Shown piece by piece: positions 39,138 to 48,108 of a DNA stretch of 64,000 bases (the stretch's first letter is position 1; each line of letters begins with the position of its first letter). The translations under genes were made by a program, and so were the position numbers. This DNA is from Vicinamibacterales bacterium (GTDB lineage: Bacteria; Acidobacteriota; Vicinamibacteria; Vicinamibacterales; UBA8438), in assembly GCA_965215155.1 (NCBI GenBank), contig CBDCCY010000004.1, positions 3,870,151 to 3,934,150 on the forward strand, written 5' to 3'. Below the pieces are notes generated by a model, which saw only the letters and a program-made list of their open reading frames with translations, had not been told where the DNA came from and made no database searches.

Positions 39138-39221
39138 CCCAACGCGACGGAGCGCGGTCGCGTTGGGAGTCTGCGCACGCGCGAGGCTCTTGCGTCGCCG
39201 GTTCTGCGGCGCAGACTCCTA
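39138..39221. repeat. REP-like element, best copy: two adjacent palindromes, with the right arm touching the stop codon of the lipocalin-like gene
   Basis: Hairpin A is cccaacgcgac (39138-39148) with gtcgcgttggg (39157-39167). Hairpin B is gggagtctgcgc (39165-39176) with gcgcagactcc (39209-39219). The 17-mer at 39160-39176 is identical to 26348-26364, and the 21-mer at 39201-39221 is identical to 13725-13745. Confidence 0.8.
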
Positions 39222-40367
39222 CGGGGCGGGTGCGCCGAGCCGGTTCCAGCTGACGGTCGTCCGGATCGTTCGCCCGTCGACGGTCGCGACCGGCCGCTCG
39301 AGCAGCAGCCGGCCCTCGCGCAGCGTGAACGCCCGCCGCGCCTCGCTCCCTACCGCGGCGGGATCGACGTGACCGGTCCGGCGGTGGACCACGACCCCCG
39401 CGTCCGGCAGCACCTCGAAGGGCCCGAAGTAGCTGACGTAGCTCCAGGGGGCCGTGCCGGCCGCGGCGGGCGCCGCGGCAACCGCCAGCTCGCGGGGTGG
39501 CGGTTCGTTCTCCCGCGAGGGGCTGTCGGCCTCGGAGGTCGGGGCGGCCCCGGCGTTCGGGCGCCGGCCGGCGCGCAGCAGATGCACGGCCATGTGGCCC
39601 GACGGCATGTAGATCAGGTTCCCCGACGCGTACTGCTCCCCCGGTACGTCGGCGCCGTCCGCGCTCCGCCGCTCGATCCGGTCGATCTCCCAGAACCCGA
39701 GCAGGGCGCGGGCCTCCGGTCCGACCTCGGACGCCGGGCCGATCCGCTCCCACACGTTGCGCAACTGGACGCCGGTCGTGCCGTAGCCGCAGCCGCGCTC
39801 GGTGACGAACGAGTCGGGACACCGGAGCGGCGGCAGGAGAACCAGCCGGTCCTCGGCCAGCTCGTACCGCAGGAGCATCTCGCTTCCGGTCGCCTCCGGG
39901 TCGAGGCTCCCGTCGATGCGGTGGATCAGGTAGCCCTCCTGCCCCTCGAAGCCATAGCGTCCGAAGTAGGCGGCGTAGCGCGCCGGCGCATCGAGGGCGG
40001 CGTCGGGATCGGGCGAAGCTCCGGAATCCGGTTCCGCCGTTCCGCGCTGCATCACCATCCCGACATGCTCGTCGTCGTACATCAGGTAGCCGAGCGCGAC
40101 GCCCTGCCCGATCCCGCGATGAACGAAGTCGGGAAGCGGGTCGCCGTTCTGATCGCTGCGTTCGACGCGCAGGAGACGCCACGTTCCGGCGAGACGAGGC
40201 GGCGCAGCGACGGCCGTCTCGTCCGGAGCGATCTGCGGCTCGGGCGCTGCCGCGTCCGGCTCCGCCGCCGGGCGGCCGGCGTCGCAACCGGCCACGACGC
40301 CGGCCGCGATGCCGGCCGCCGCGGTGCGGAGGAAGCGTGCGAACGGGCGGGCAGGGCGGCGAATCAT
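39219..40367 (-). CDS. Lipoprotein with two lipocalin-like domains
   Basis: A lipobox-like AGVVAGC and two copies of the GTWRLL/GFWEIDRIERRSADG...GYLMY/GNLIYM pattern typical of lipocalin-like (Lipocalin_6-type) domains. Confidence 0.5.
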   Translation of the reverse strand: MIRRPARPFARFLRTAAAGIAAGVVAGCDAGRPAAEPDAAAPEPQIAPDETAVAAPPRLAGTWRLLRVERSDQNGDPLPDFVHRGIGQGVALGYLMYDDEHVGMVMQRGTAEPDSGASPDPDAALDAPARYAAYFGRYGFEGQEGYLIHRIDGSLDPEATGSEMLLRYELAEDRLVLLPPLRCPDSFVTERGCGYGTTGVQLRNVWERIGPASEVGPEARALLGFWEIDRIERRSADGADVPGEQYASGNLIYMPSGHMAVHLLRAGRRPNAGAAPTSEADSPSRENEPPPRELAVAAAPAAAGTAPWSYVSYFGPFEVLPDAGVVVHRRTGHVDPAAVGSEARRAFTLREGRLLLERPVATVDGRTIRTTVSWNRLGAPAP

Positions 40368-40541
40368 CCTCTCTCCTCCATCCTCGTCGAATTCCGCGGC
40401 TGGTTCACTCTACCGCGGCGCCGCGGCGCCGTCCCGGGGCGCCCGCAGGTACAATGACCGGGGCCGTCCGCTGCCCCCGTGCGGGTCGCAGGATCCGCCC
40501 TGCGCCAACCGCGAGCCGCTGCACCGACCCGGGTATCGCGC

Positions 40542-41648
40542 GTGCGAATCGTTCACTTCGCGGACCTCCATCTCGACGCGCGGTTCGCGTGGGCCGGGGC
40601 CGAGGGGGCCTCGGCGCGCCGGCGGCGGCAGGCGCTCCGGGACGCGCTCGGCCGGATTGCCGCTCTGGCGCGGGAGCTGAACGCCGGCGCCCTGTTCTGC
40701 GGGGGCGACCTCTACGAGCACGAACGGGTGACGCCCGACACGGCCGCGTTCGTGCGCGCGACGTTCGCCGACCTCTTCCCGCTCCCCATCTACCTCGCGC
40801 CGGGCAACCACGACCCGTACGGCCCCGGCAGCCTCTACGCCCTCGCGGACTGGAGCCCGAACGTGCACGTGTTCCGCGAGTCGCGCCTCGAGCCGGTCCG
40901 GCTCGGCGCCGGGCTGACGCTGTGGGGTGCCGCCCATCGCGCCCCGGCCGGCACCGGCGGCTTCTTCGACGGATTCCGCGTACGCGGGGATGGCGTGCAC
41001 GTGGCGCTCTGCCACGCCGCGGAGCGGGCGTCGCTCGCCGCGCAGCGCAACGGCAAGGAGCCCCACGCGCCCTTCGACGCCGCCGACCTCGAACGGACCG
41101 GCCTGGCCCACGCGTTCCTGGGACACTACCATCGCCCTCGAGACGCCGCCCGCCACACCTACCCCGGCAACCCGGAACCGCTGGCATTCGGAGAGGACGG
41201 CGTGCGGGGCGCGGTCGCGGCGATCATCGCGCCCGACGGGACGACGTCCCGCGAGCGGCGCATCGTGTCCGAGACGGAGGTGCACGACCTCGCGCTCGAC
41301 GTGACCGCGTGCGGTTCGCAGCAGGACGTGCGGCAGCGGCTGGCCGAGGCCGTGGCCGGGCGTCACGGCGTCATTCGGTTGACGGTCGAAGGGGAGCTCC
41401 AACCGGCCGTGGATCTCCGGCGGCAGGATCTGCACGACGCGCTGCGGCCCGCGTTCGAGGCGGCACAGGTGCGCTTCGGTGCGCTGCGAGCCGCCTACGC
41501 CCTCCAGGAGATTCGGCGCGAGCCGACGGTCCGCGGACAGTTCGTGCGGGATGTCCTCGCCGCCGGCCTGGCGGAGGACGAGGCGCGGCGGGTGCTGACC
41601 GCCGGTCTCCGCGCCCTGGAGGGACGGACCGACCTGGAGACGCCGTGA
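40542..41648 (+). CDS. SbcD/Mre11-like metallophosphoesterase (DNA repair exonuclease family)
   Basis: VRIVHFADLHLD, CGGDLYEH, APGNHDP and the later GHYH are calcineurin-like phosphoesterase motifs. GTG start at 40542. Confidence 0.8.
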   Translation: MRIVHFADLHLDARFAWAGAEGASARRRRQALRDALGRIAALARELNAGALFCGGDLYEHERVTPDTAAFVRATFADLFPLPIYLAPGNHDPYGPGSLYALADWSPNVHVFRESRLEPVRLGAGLTLWGAAHRAPAGTGGFFDGFRVRGDGVHVALCHAAERASLAAQRNGKEPHAPFDAADLERTGLAHAFLGHYHRPRDAARHTYPGNPEPLAFGEDGVRGAVAAIIAPDGTTSRERRIVSETEVHDLALDVTACGSQQDVRQRLAEAVAGRHGVIRLTVEGELQPAVDLRRQDLHDALRPAFEAAQVRFGALRAAYALQEIRREPTVRGQFVRDVLAAGLAEDEARRVLTAGLRALEGRTDLETP

Positions 41649-43870
41649 TGCGGTTCGAGTCGCTGCGCGCCCATCCCTTCGGGCCCTTTCGGGATGCAAC
41701 GCTGCGTCTGGCGCCGGGCATGAACGTCGTCTTCGGCCCGAACGAGGCGGGCAAGTCGACCTGGCATGCCGCACTCTACGCGGGGCTGTGCGGCCTGCGC
41801 CGCGGCCCCGGCGCGGGCCGCGCGGAAGACCGGCGCTTCCGGGATCGCCATCGCCCCTGGGACGCCGCGGGCGCCTGGGCCGTCTCCGCGCTGGTGGCGC
41901 TCGAGGACGGCCGCCGGGTCGAGCTGCGCCAGGACCTGGCGGCGAGGGTCGACTGCCGCGCGAGCGATGCGGATCGGGCCGGGCGGGACTACACCGGCGA
42001 GATCCTGCACGAGGGCGCACCCGACGGGTCACGCTGGCTGGGCCTCACCCGCAGGTCGTTTCTCGCCGCCTCGTCGGTCCGGCAGGCGCAGGTCCTGGGC
42101 TTGCTCGAGGATCCCGGCGCGCTGCAGGAGGATCTGCAGCGGGCTGCCGCGACCGCGGGGACCGACGAGACGGCGGCGCGGGCTCTCGGCCTGCTGGAGC
42201 GTTACCGCCGGGAGCAGGTCGGATCGGCCCAGTCGCGCTCGCGGCCGTTGCCGATGGCGCGGGATCGCGTGCGCGAGGCCCGCGCGGCCGTCGAACGGGC
42301 CCGCCACGCGCAGCAGGAATTCCGCGATCAGGCCGCCCGCATCGAGCGGAGCGAACGCGTGGCCCGGGCGTCGGAGGAGCGCGCCGCGGCTCTGCGCGCG
42401 GTCGCGGCCGACCGCGAGGCGGCGGAGGCGGAGCGCCGTGCCGCCCGCGCCGCCCGGCTCGCCGCCAGGTTCCCCGAGGGCCCGCCGCGTCCGGACGAGG
42501 ACGCCCGCGAGGCCGAGCAGGTCGCCGCGGCGCTCGCGACGTGGCGAACGAGTCCCGAGCCCCACCCACCCGAGGGACCGGACGCCGACACTCTGGCGCG
42601 CGCGCTGGGCGCTGCGGCCGTTGCCGACGACGACGAGCCGGAGGAGGCCTCCGGCTGGGGAAGGGCCTCCTCGATGTGGCCGGTCGCCTGCGGCGTCGGC
42701 GTCGCGGCCGGCCTTGCGCTGGCGCTGGCCGACATGGCGGTCACCGGTCTCGCGGTCGGCGTGCTCGGGCTCGGCGGCTTCGTCTGGTGGCGGCTCGCCG
42801 CGCGGCGGCGGGACCGATCGGTGACGGCGTCGACCGCGGCTGCTCTCCGGGAGCGGCGCCGGTGGCTGCGCGACCGCATCGCTCACCGGCGGGAGGCGGA
42901 CGGCCGGTACGCGGAGGATCTCGAGCGGCGCAGGCGCGCGATGTCGGCCCTGCGCGCCGCGGCGGAGGCGGTCGGCATCGCAGCCGCCGATCCCGGGGCG
43001 CAGGCGGCGGCGCTGGCCGATTGGCAGGGACGCCGGCGCGCGGCGAGCGCGGACCTCGAGCAGCGGGGCGCGGAGTGGGACACTTTGCAGCAGCTCCTCG
43101 GAGGGCAGTCGCTCGACGCGCTCGCGGCGACCGCGGCCGCCCGGCGCGCGAACGCCGCGGCGCGCGCGGCGAGCGTCGGAGCGGTGGCGCTGGGCCTCGC
43201 GCGCGCGGCGCCGGTGACGGCGGCGGCGCTGGACCGAAGCGAGCGCGAGGCCGCGGCCGAGCGTGCCGCCGCTCACACCGGCCGCGGCCGGCTCGAGCAG
43301 CTCGCCGCCGGGCTGCCCAGCCTCGTCGACGCCGAGGAGGAGCTCGAGGCGGCACGGCGCGAGCTCGATCGCGTGGAGCGCCTCGACCGGACCCTGGCTA
43401 CGACCATCCGTTTCCTCGAGCAGGCCGAGGAGCGGGTGCATCGGGACGTGGCCCCCGTGCTCGGCGCCACGGTGCGGCAGTGGCTGCCGCGGGTCACCGG
43501 GGAGCGCTACGCGGACTGCAGGATCGACCCGGAATCGCTCCGGGTGGAGGTCCGCGCCGCCGGAGGCGAGTGGCGGCGCGCCGAGCTGCTGTCGCATGGC
43601 ACCGCCGAGCAGGTCTATCTGCTGCTGCGCTTCGCGCTTGCGCGCCACCTCGCGGCGCCGGGCGAGGTCTGCCCGCTGATCCTGGACGACGCGGTGGCCG
43701 CCTGCGACACGGACCGCAAGCACGCCCTGCTCGACACGCTGCGAGAGATCAGCGCCTCGGCGCAGGTGATCCTGTTCACGCACGAGGAGGACGTGCGGGA
43801 GTGGGCCCGGCGGGAACTCTCCGCACCGCGCGATCGCCTGACCGCGCTGGCGCCCCCGGCCGTGGCGTAG
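41648..43870 (+). CDS. SbcC/Rad50-like AAA ATPase with a central hydrophobic hairpin (YhaN-like)
   Basis: Walker A FGPNEAGKST, long Ala/Arg/Glu-rich coiled-coil arms, a signature-like LSHGTAEQVYLLLRFAL, and Walker B CPLILDDAVAACD. The ATG overlaps the sbcD-like stop. See findings for the transmembrane hairpin. Confidence 0.8.
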   Translation: MRFESLRAHPFGPFRDATLRLAPGMNVVFGPNEAGKSTWHAALYAGLCGLRRGPGAGRAEDRRFRDRHRPWDAAGAWAVSALVALEDGRRVELRQDLAARVDCRASDADRAGRDYTGEILHEGAPDGSRWLGLTRRSFLAASSVRQAQVLGLLEDPGALQEDLQRAAATAGTDETAARALGLLERYRREQVGSAQSRSRPLPMARDRVREARAAVERARHAQQEFRDQAARIERSERVARASEERAAALRAVAADREAAEAERRAARAARLAARFPEGPPRPDEDAREAEQVAAALATWRTSPEPHPPEGPDADTLARALGAAAVADDDEPEEASGWGRASSMWPVACGVGVAAGLALALADMAVTGLAVGVLGLGGFVWWRLAARRRDRSVTASTAAALRERRRWLRDRIAHRREADGRYAEDLERRRRAMSALRAAAEAVGIAAADPGAQAAALADWQGRRRAASADLEQRGAEWDTLQQLLGGQSLDALAATAAARRANAAARAASVGAVALGLARAAPVTAAALDRSEREAAAERAAAHTGRGRLEQLAAGLPSLVDAEEELEAARRELDRVERLDRTLATTIRFLEQAEERVHRDVAPVLGATVRQWLPRVTGERYADCRIDPESLRVEVRAAGGEWRRAELLSHGTAEQVYLLLRFALARHLAAPGEVCPLILDDAVAACDTDRKHALLDTLREISASAQVILFTHEEDVREWARRELSAPRDRLTALAPPAVA

Positions 43871-43900
43871 GAGGTCGTGCCCCCAAGAGAGGTGGATTCC

Positions 43901-45211
43901 ATGCTTCAGAACTCCAGGACGGCGAACCGACGGAAACGGGGCCGGCGGCCGGGCCCGAAGGTCGCGGGGGCGGCGGTCGCCGTCGCCCTGGCGCTCGGTG
44001 TCGGTACCGATTCCGGTCGCGTGGTCGCCCGGCAGGCCGCGGCGGGGACCGGCGACCCGATCGCCGAGCTGGTAGGCCGACTCGACCTGGATCGCTACAA
44101 GGCCGTCATCCGGGGTCTCGCCCAGTTCGGCGACCGCCGGCAGGGTACGCAGCGCAACCGGGACGCCGTCGACTGGATAGAGGCGTGGCTCGAGTCCGCC
44201 GGCTGCCCGACCGAGCGCCTGCACTACACCTACGATCCGCCGCCGCGAACCGGCCGCGCTACGCCACCGCGCCCCGAGCCGCTGCTGAATACGCCGGGCC
44301 CGACCGCGACCGGCGGGCGCATCGGGCGCAACGGCAGCGGGCCGGGCGGAAGCTCCATCTTCGGCTACCGGGCCCGCACGGGTGTGGCCCGCGATCCGCT
44401 CGCGCAGCCCGATGAGAGGCTGCGCGCCCTGAACCTCGAGGAACCGGTGCCCGGGCCGCGGTCCCAGGTCTACTGCACCAAGCTGGGCGCCGCGCGGCCC
44501 GATGCGATGTACATCGTCGGCGCCCACATGGACGGGCTGGGCTTCGGCGAGGCGGCCGACGACGACGCGTCGGGCACCGCGCTCGTCATGGAGCTGGCGC
44601 GGATCCTGAGCGCGCCCGATGTCGAGACCGAGGTGTCGATCCGCTTCGCCCTCTGGAACGACGAGGAGACGGGCCTCAACGGCAGCCGCGCCTACGTCGA
44701 GCAGCGGAGAGCGCGCCAGGGCGTCGAGGATCCGTCCGGGTCCGGCCGCTACCCGGAGCCGCGCTGGCTGGGGATGATCCAGCACGACATGATGCTGTTC
44801 GATCACGGCGCGCCGGGGCCCGACGGGATCGTCAGCCGCGACCAGCGGCGCGAGGCGGACGTGAACATCGAGTTCCAGTCGGAGTCCGCCCTCGCCGCCG
44901 AGGCGCGGGACCTGGCGTTCCGCTTCAAGGCGGCCAACGACGCCTACGCGACGGACTACCCGGCCACGGTCGGGCCACACATGACCAACACCGACTCGAC
45001 CCCGTTCATGAACGACACGCCGTCGATCAGCCTGCGCGAGAACGAGCGCGGGATGCAGATCGGCGCCGGGTGGAACCCGCATTGGCACCAACCCACCGAT
45101 GTCTTCGCGACGTACACGGACGACGACTTCCGGTTGGGGCTCAACGCGGCCCAGACGACGCTGGCCGCGATCGCGGAGCTGGCCGGCGCTACGGTCAACC
45201 GCGGGCCCTGA
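43901..45211 (+). CDS. M28-family metallopeptidase (aminopeptidase), exported
   Basis: IVGAHMDGLGFGEAADDDASGTALVMELARIL and FALWNDEETGLNGSRAYV are M28 zinc-ligand motifs. An alternative GTG start lies at 43877. Confidence 0.8.
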   Translation: MLQNSRTANRRKRGRRPGPKVAGAAVAVALALGVGTDSGRVVARQAAAGTGDPIAELVGRLDLDRYKAVIRGLAQFGDRRQGTQRNRDAVDWIEAWLESAGCPTERLHYTYDPPPRTGRATPPRPEPLLNTPGPTATGGRIGRNGSGPGGSSIFGYRARTGVARDPLAQPDERLRALNLEEPVPGPRSQVYCTKLGAARPDAMYIVGAHMDGLGFGEAADDDASGTALVMELARILSAPDVETEVSIRFALWNDEETGLNGSRAYVEQRRARQGVEDPSGSGRYPEPRWLGMIQHDMMLFDHGAPGPDGIVSRDQRREADVNIEFQSESALAAEARDLAFRFKAANDAYATDYPATVGPHMTNTDSTPFMNDTPSISLRENERGMQIGAGWNPHWHQPTDVFATYTDDDFRLGLNAAQTTLAAIAELAGATVNRGP

Positions 45212-45331
45212 GCAGCAGGTGGTGGGCCCCTTTTCCGGGCCGGCGCGGTTCGACGCCACGAAACGTCGCGCGCCCGGTGGCTCGGGCCATCGCGGGCTTC
45301 GCACGGAGCGGCGGCGGTCCGGCGTGGCGGG

Positions 45332-46093
45332 TCAGACGAAGCGCCACCGCAGGAGGTGCCGCTCGATCCGTTCGGCGCACGCGAACAGCAACAGCACGAC
45401 GACCATTATGAGCAGGATCAAGGCAATCGTCAGGGCGGCGTTGTAGGTGCTCTGCGCGAACTGCAGCAGGTAGCCGAGCCCCCGGCTCGAGGCGACGAAC
45501 TCGCCGACCACCGCCCCCGTGAACGCGAACCCGACCGCGACCTTGAAGCTGCCGAGCACCCAGCTCGTCACCGACGGCACGTAGACCTCGCGAACCAGGA
45601 ACCTCCGCCCGCCGCCGAGGGTCCGGATGCGCTCCACGAGGCGCGGGTCGACCTCGCGGATGCCGTTGTAGACCGCGAAGAAGATGAGCACGGCGACCAG
45701 GATGGTCGCCAGCGCAAGCTTCGACGCCAGCCCGATGCCGAGCCAGATGACGAACAGCGGCGCCAGGATGACGCGGGGAATGGCGTTGAGGAGGATCATG
45801 ACCGGCTCGAGGAGGTCCGCGAGCGGCGGCACCAGGGCGGCCGCGAAGCCCAGGACGATGCCGAGCGCGAGACCGACGGCGAGCCCGGCGAAGGCGGCGG
45901 CGACCGTCGCTCCAAGGTGCGGCCACAGATCGCCGCCGACGGCCAGCTCGGCCAGCACCTGGCCCACCGCCGACGGCGGCGGAGCGTAGAAGGGGTCGAG
46001 CCCGCCGGCGGCCGACAGCGCCTCCCATGCCGCCAGCAGGGCCAGCAACGCGACCCCTCGGCGTACCAGCAGGACCCGGCGGCGCTCGGTCAT
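45332..46093 (-). CDS. ABC transporter permease (NitT/TauT family)
   Basis: LNAIPRVILAPLFVIWLGIGLASK...EVDPRLVERIRTLGG is the BPD_transp_1 EAA-like loop. The ATG at 46093 overlaps the ATPase stop as ATGA. Confidence 0.85.
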   Translation of the reverse strand: MTERRRVLLVRRGVALLALLAAWEALSAAGGLDPFYAPPPSAVGQVLAELAVGGDLWPHLGATVAAAFAGLAVGLALGIVLGFAAALVPPLADLLEPVMILLNAIPRVILAPLFVIWLGIGLASKLALATILVAVLIFFAVYNGIREVDPRLVERIRTLGGGRRFLVREVYVPSVTSWVLGSFKVAVGFAFTGAVVGEFVASSRGLGYLLQFAQSTYNAALTIALILLIMVVVLLLFACAERIERHLLRWRFV

Positions 46094-46878
46094 GCCGCGG
46101 GCGCTCCCGACGGCGCCGCCGCCTCTGCCGGCGCCGGCCGCCCCTTCGTCTCCTCGACCGCGAGCTCGTCCCACACGCGCCGCAGCAGAGGCCCGAAGGC
46201 CGGATGGCCCCGCGCCTCCAGGACGCGCCGGGGCCGCGGGATCGGAACGCGGTGGCTGGCGCGAATCGAGGCGCGCGGTCCGTGACCGAGCACGTGCACG
46301 ACGTCGGAGGCGCTGATCGCCTCTTCGAGATCGTGCGTCACGAGCAGCACGGTGAGGTGCTCGCGCTCTACCCACTCGAGCAACTCCTGCGTAATGCGGG
46401 TCCGCACGATGGCGTCGAGCGACGCGAACGGCTCGTCCATGAGAAGCAGGCGCGGTCGGAGCGCGAGGATCTGCGCGATGGCGACGCGCTTGCGCTGGCC
46501 GCCGGAGAGCTGGGCCGGATAGCGGTCGCCGAGGCCGGCGAGCCCGAGGGCCGACAACCAGTGCTCGGTGCGCTGGTCGACCTCGGACGCCGGCAGCTCC
46601 CGGATGCGCAGGCCGAGGGCCACGTTCTGGCGCGCCGTGCGCCAGGCGAGCAGGGCGTCGTCCTGGAACAGAAAGCCGACGTCGCGGGGCCCGACGCCGA
46701 GGTCGACCCTCCCTCGCGACGGCGTCAGGAGACCGGTCACCACGCGCAGGATGCTCGTCTTGCCGGAGCCGGACGGACCGACCAGGGTGGCGAACTCCCC
46801 CGCCGCGACGTCGAGGTCGATGCCGTCGAGGATCGGCTCCCCCCCGAAGCCGACCGCCAGCCCGCTGACCTGGAGCAT
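46090..46878 (-). CDS. ABC transporter ATP-binding protein (NitT/TauT family)
   Basis: Walker A GPSGSGKTS, signature LSGGQRKRVAIA, and Walker B LLLMDEPFASLD. Confidence 0.9.
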   Translation of the reverse strand: MLQVSGLAVGFGGEPILDGIDLDVAAGEFATLVGPSGSGKTSILRVVTGLLTPSRGRVDLGVGPRDVGFLFQDDALLAWRTARQNVALGLRIRELPASEVDQRTEHWLSALGLAGLGDRYPAQLSGGQRKRVAIAQILALRPRLLLMDEPFASLDAIVRTRITQELLEWVEREHLTVLLVTHDLEEAISASDVVHVLGHGPRASIRASHRVPIPRPRRVLEARGHPAFGPLLRRVWDELAVEETKGRPAPAEAAAPSGAPAA

Positions 46879-46893
46879 CGTCCCGCCGAGGTC

Positions 46894-48006
46894 CTAACCC
46901 GCGAGGGCGCCGGGGTCCAGCAGGCGGTCCAGATCGACCTGTCCGGGCTGGAGAAGCCCCGCCACTTCCTGGGCCTGCATCACGCGCTCGGCGGCTTCGA
47001 CGTCCAGCGCGACCCGCTCCGGGTACAGCGACCGGCGGTAGCGGGCGATGACCCGCTCGAGCCGATCGACGTCGCCGCCGGCGACGAGCGCATCCGGGAG
47101 CGCCGCCACGATCTCGGCCGGGGGCAGGCTTCGCGTGTCGTCCAGGCCGCGGGCGAGCGCCGCGGCCAGCCGGCGGATCTCCGGCAGGCGCTCGTCCCGT
47201 TCCTCCGCCCGCACCGAGACGCCCATGAACTCGTAGGCGCCGCCGAGGTGACGCCGCGCCTCCTCGAGTTCCATGAAATTCGCCAACTCGCGGCCGCCCG
47301 CCTCCACGATCAGCGTCAGCGCCGGCTCCTGCAGCATCGCCGCGTCCACCTGCCCGAGGCGCAACGCATCGAACACGTTGGTGCCGATGGCGGCGAAACG
47401 GACCCCTCCCGCATCCACGCCGGCGCGCTCGAGCAGGAAGAGGAGCAACGCGTGGTCGGCGTTGCCGAGGGCCGAGATGCCGACCGTCCGGCCCGCGAGG
47501 TCCACCGGTGCGTCGACAGCGCCCGCGGTGCCCGGCGCGGTCGCCAGCGCGAACAGCGGCAGGCGTCCGGTCGACGCAACGCGCCGAATCGCGGCTCCGT
47601 TGGCGGCCGCCTGCAACGCAACGTCGAACGACGTTCCCGCGTAGTCGACCGCGCCGCCGACCAACGCCTGCATCGCGGCGTTGCCGCCGCGCGTGTAGAC
47701 GAGCTCGACCGCCAGTCCTTCTGCCGCGAAGTGGCCGCGGACCCGCGCAACCTCGTACGGAACCACGCACAGGAGCTGCCCGCAGAAGGCGAAGCGCAGG
47801 CGGACGGCACCGTCCTCCGGCGCGGTGTCGCAGCCGCTGATCGCGATGACGCCGGCCGCAGCGGCCAGGCTCTTCAGGGTGGTGCGCCGGTCCCACTCCG
47901 CCCCGGGGGCGGGCCGCCGGGGCCCACCGGCTCCGCCGTCCCCCGCGTCCGCCACGATCCCCAGCAGATCGGGATTCGTTGCCTCACAGCACCCCACGGC
48001 GGCCAC
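46894..48006 (-). CDS. ABC substrate-binding protein (NMT1/THI5-like), Tat/lipoprotein-type signal
   Basis: RRTTLKSLAAAAGVIAISGC, then a periplasmic-binding fold pattern (VELVYTRGGNAAMQALVGGAVDYAG). GTG start at 48006; the exact start is uncertain. Confidence 0.7.
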   Translation of the reverse strand: MAAVGCCEATNPDLLGIVADAGDGGAGGPRRPAPGAEWDRRTTLKSLAAAAGVIAISGCDTAPEDGAVRLRFAFCGQLLCVVPYEVARVRGHFAAEGLAVELVYTRGGNAAMQALVGGAVDYAGTSFDVALQAAANGAAIRRVASTGRLPLFALATAPGTAGAVDAPVDLAGRTVGISALGNADHALLLFLLERAGVDAGGVRFAAIGTNVFDALRLGQVDAAMLQEPALTLIVEAGGRELANFMELEEARRHLGGAYEFMGVSVRAEERDERLPEIRRLAAALARGLDDTRSLPPAEIVAALPDALVAGGDVDRLERVIARYRRSLYPERVALDVEAAERVMQAQEVAGLLQPGQVDLDRLLDPGALAG

Positions 48007-48108
48007 AATATCATGCGATCCGCGTCGCGCGGCCCGTATCGCGCGGTCTGCGCCGTCCGGGCTCGCCGCGCCCGGCGTGTGTCAACATAGGCTGACGAGG
48101 AGGACTCG

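Noticed and set aside
39138-39167. An integron attC-like reading of the palindromes, where TCCCAAC ... GTTGGGA resembles the RYYYAAC / GTTRRRY core sites.
   Set aside because: The palindrome is only about 30 bp, shorter than attC sites as I remember them. The match to the core is 6 of 7 positions. No IntI integrase or attI is present. The flanking genes are ordinary chromosomal genes on mixed strands, not a cassette array.
40542-43870. Reading the SbcD-like/ATPase pair as a known anti-phage system (Lamassu, Gabija, PARIS, Septu, Wadjet).
   Set aside because: I recognise none of the diagnostic partners: no Toprim, HNH, Cap4-like effector, kleisin or JetD-like gene. The layout matches a housekeeping SbcCD/YhaON-type repair pair. 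Only the central hydrophobic hairpin is retained as a finding.
42029-45304. A 1091-aa minus-strand ORF spanning the SbcC-like and M28 genes. Similar very long ORFs occur at 31337-34321 (994 aa), 15159-17915 (918 aa), 36106-38325 (739 aa), 987-2096 and 5158-6498.
   Set aside because: All are Arg/Pro/Gly/Ala-rich low-complexity translations lying antisense to, or out of frame with, ORFs that carry clear family motifs. Long spurious ORFs are expected when stop codons are rare in very GC-rich DNA.
48007-48108. A possible TPP riboswitch upstream of the NMT1/THI5-like binding protein and ABC transporter.
   Set aside because: Reading the minus-strand leader, I found neither the CUGAGA motif nor the ACCUGAUCUGGAUAAUGCCAGCG-like core. 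The region is only about 100 nt and is shared with a divergent gene.
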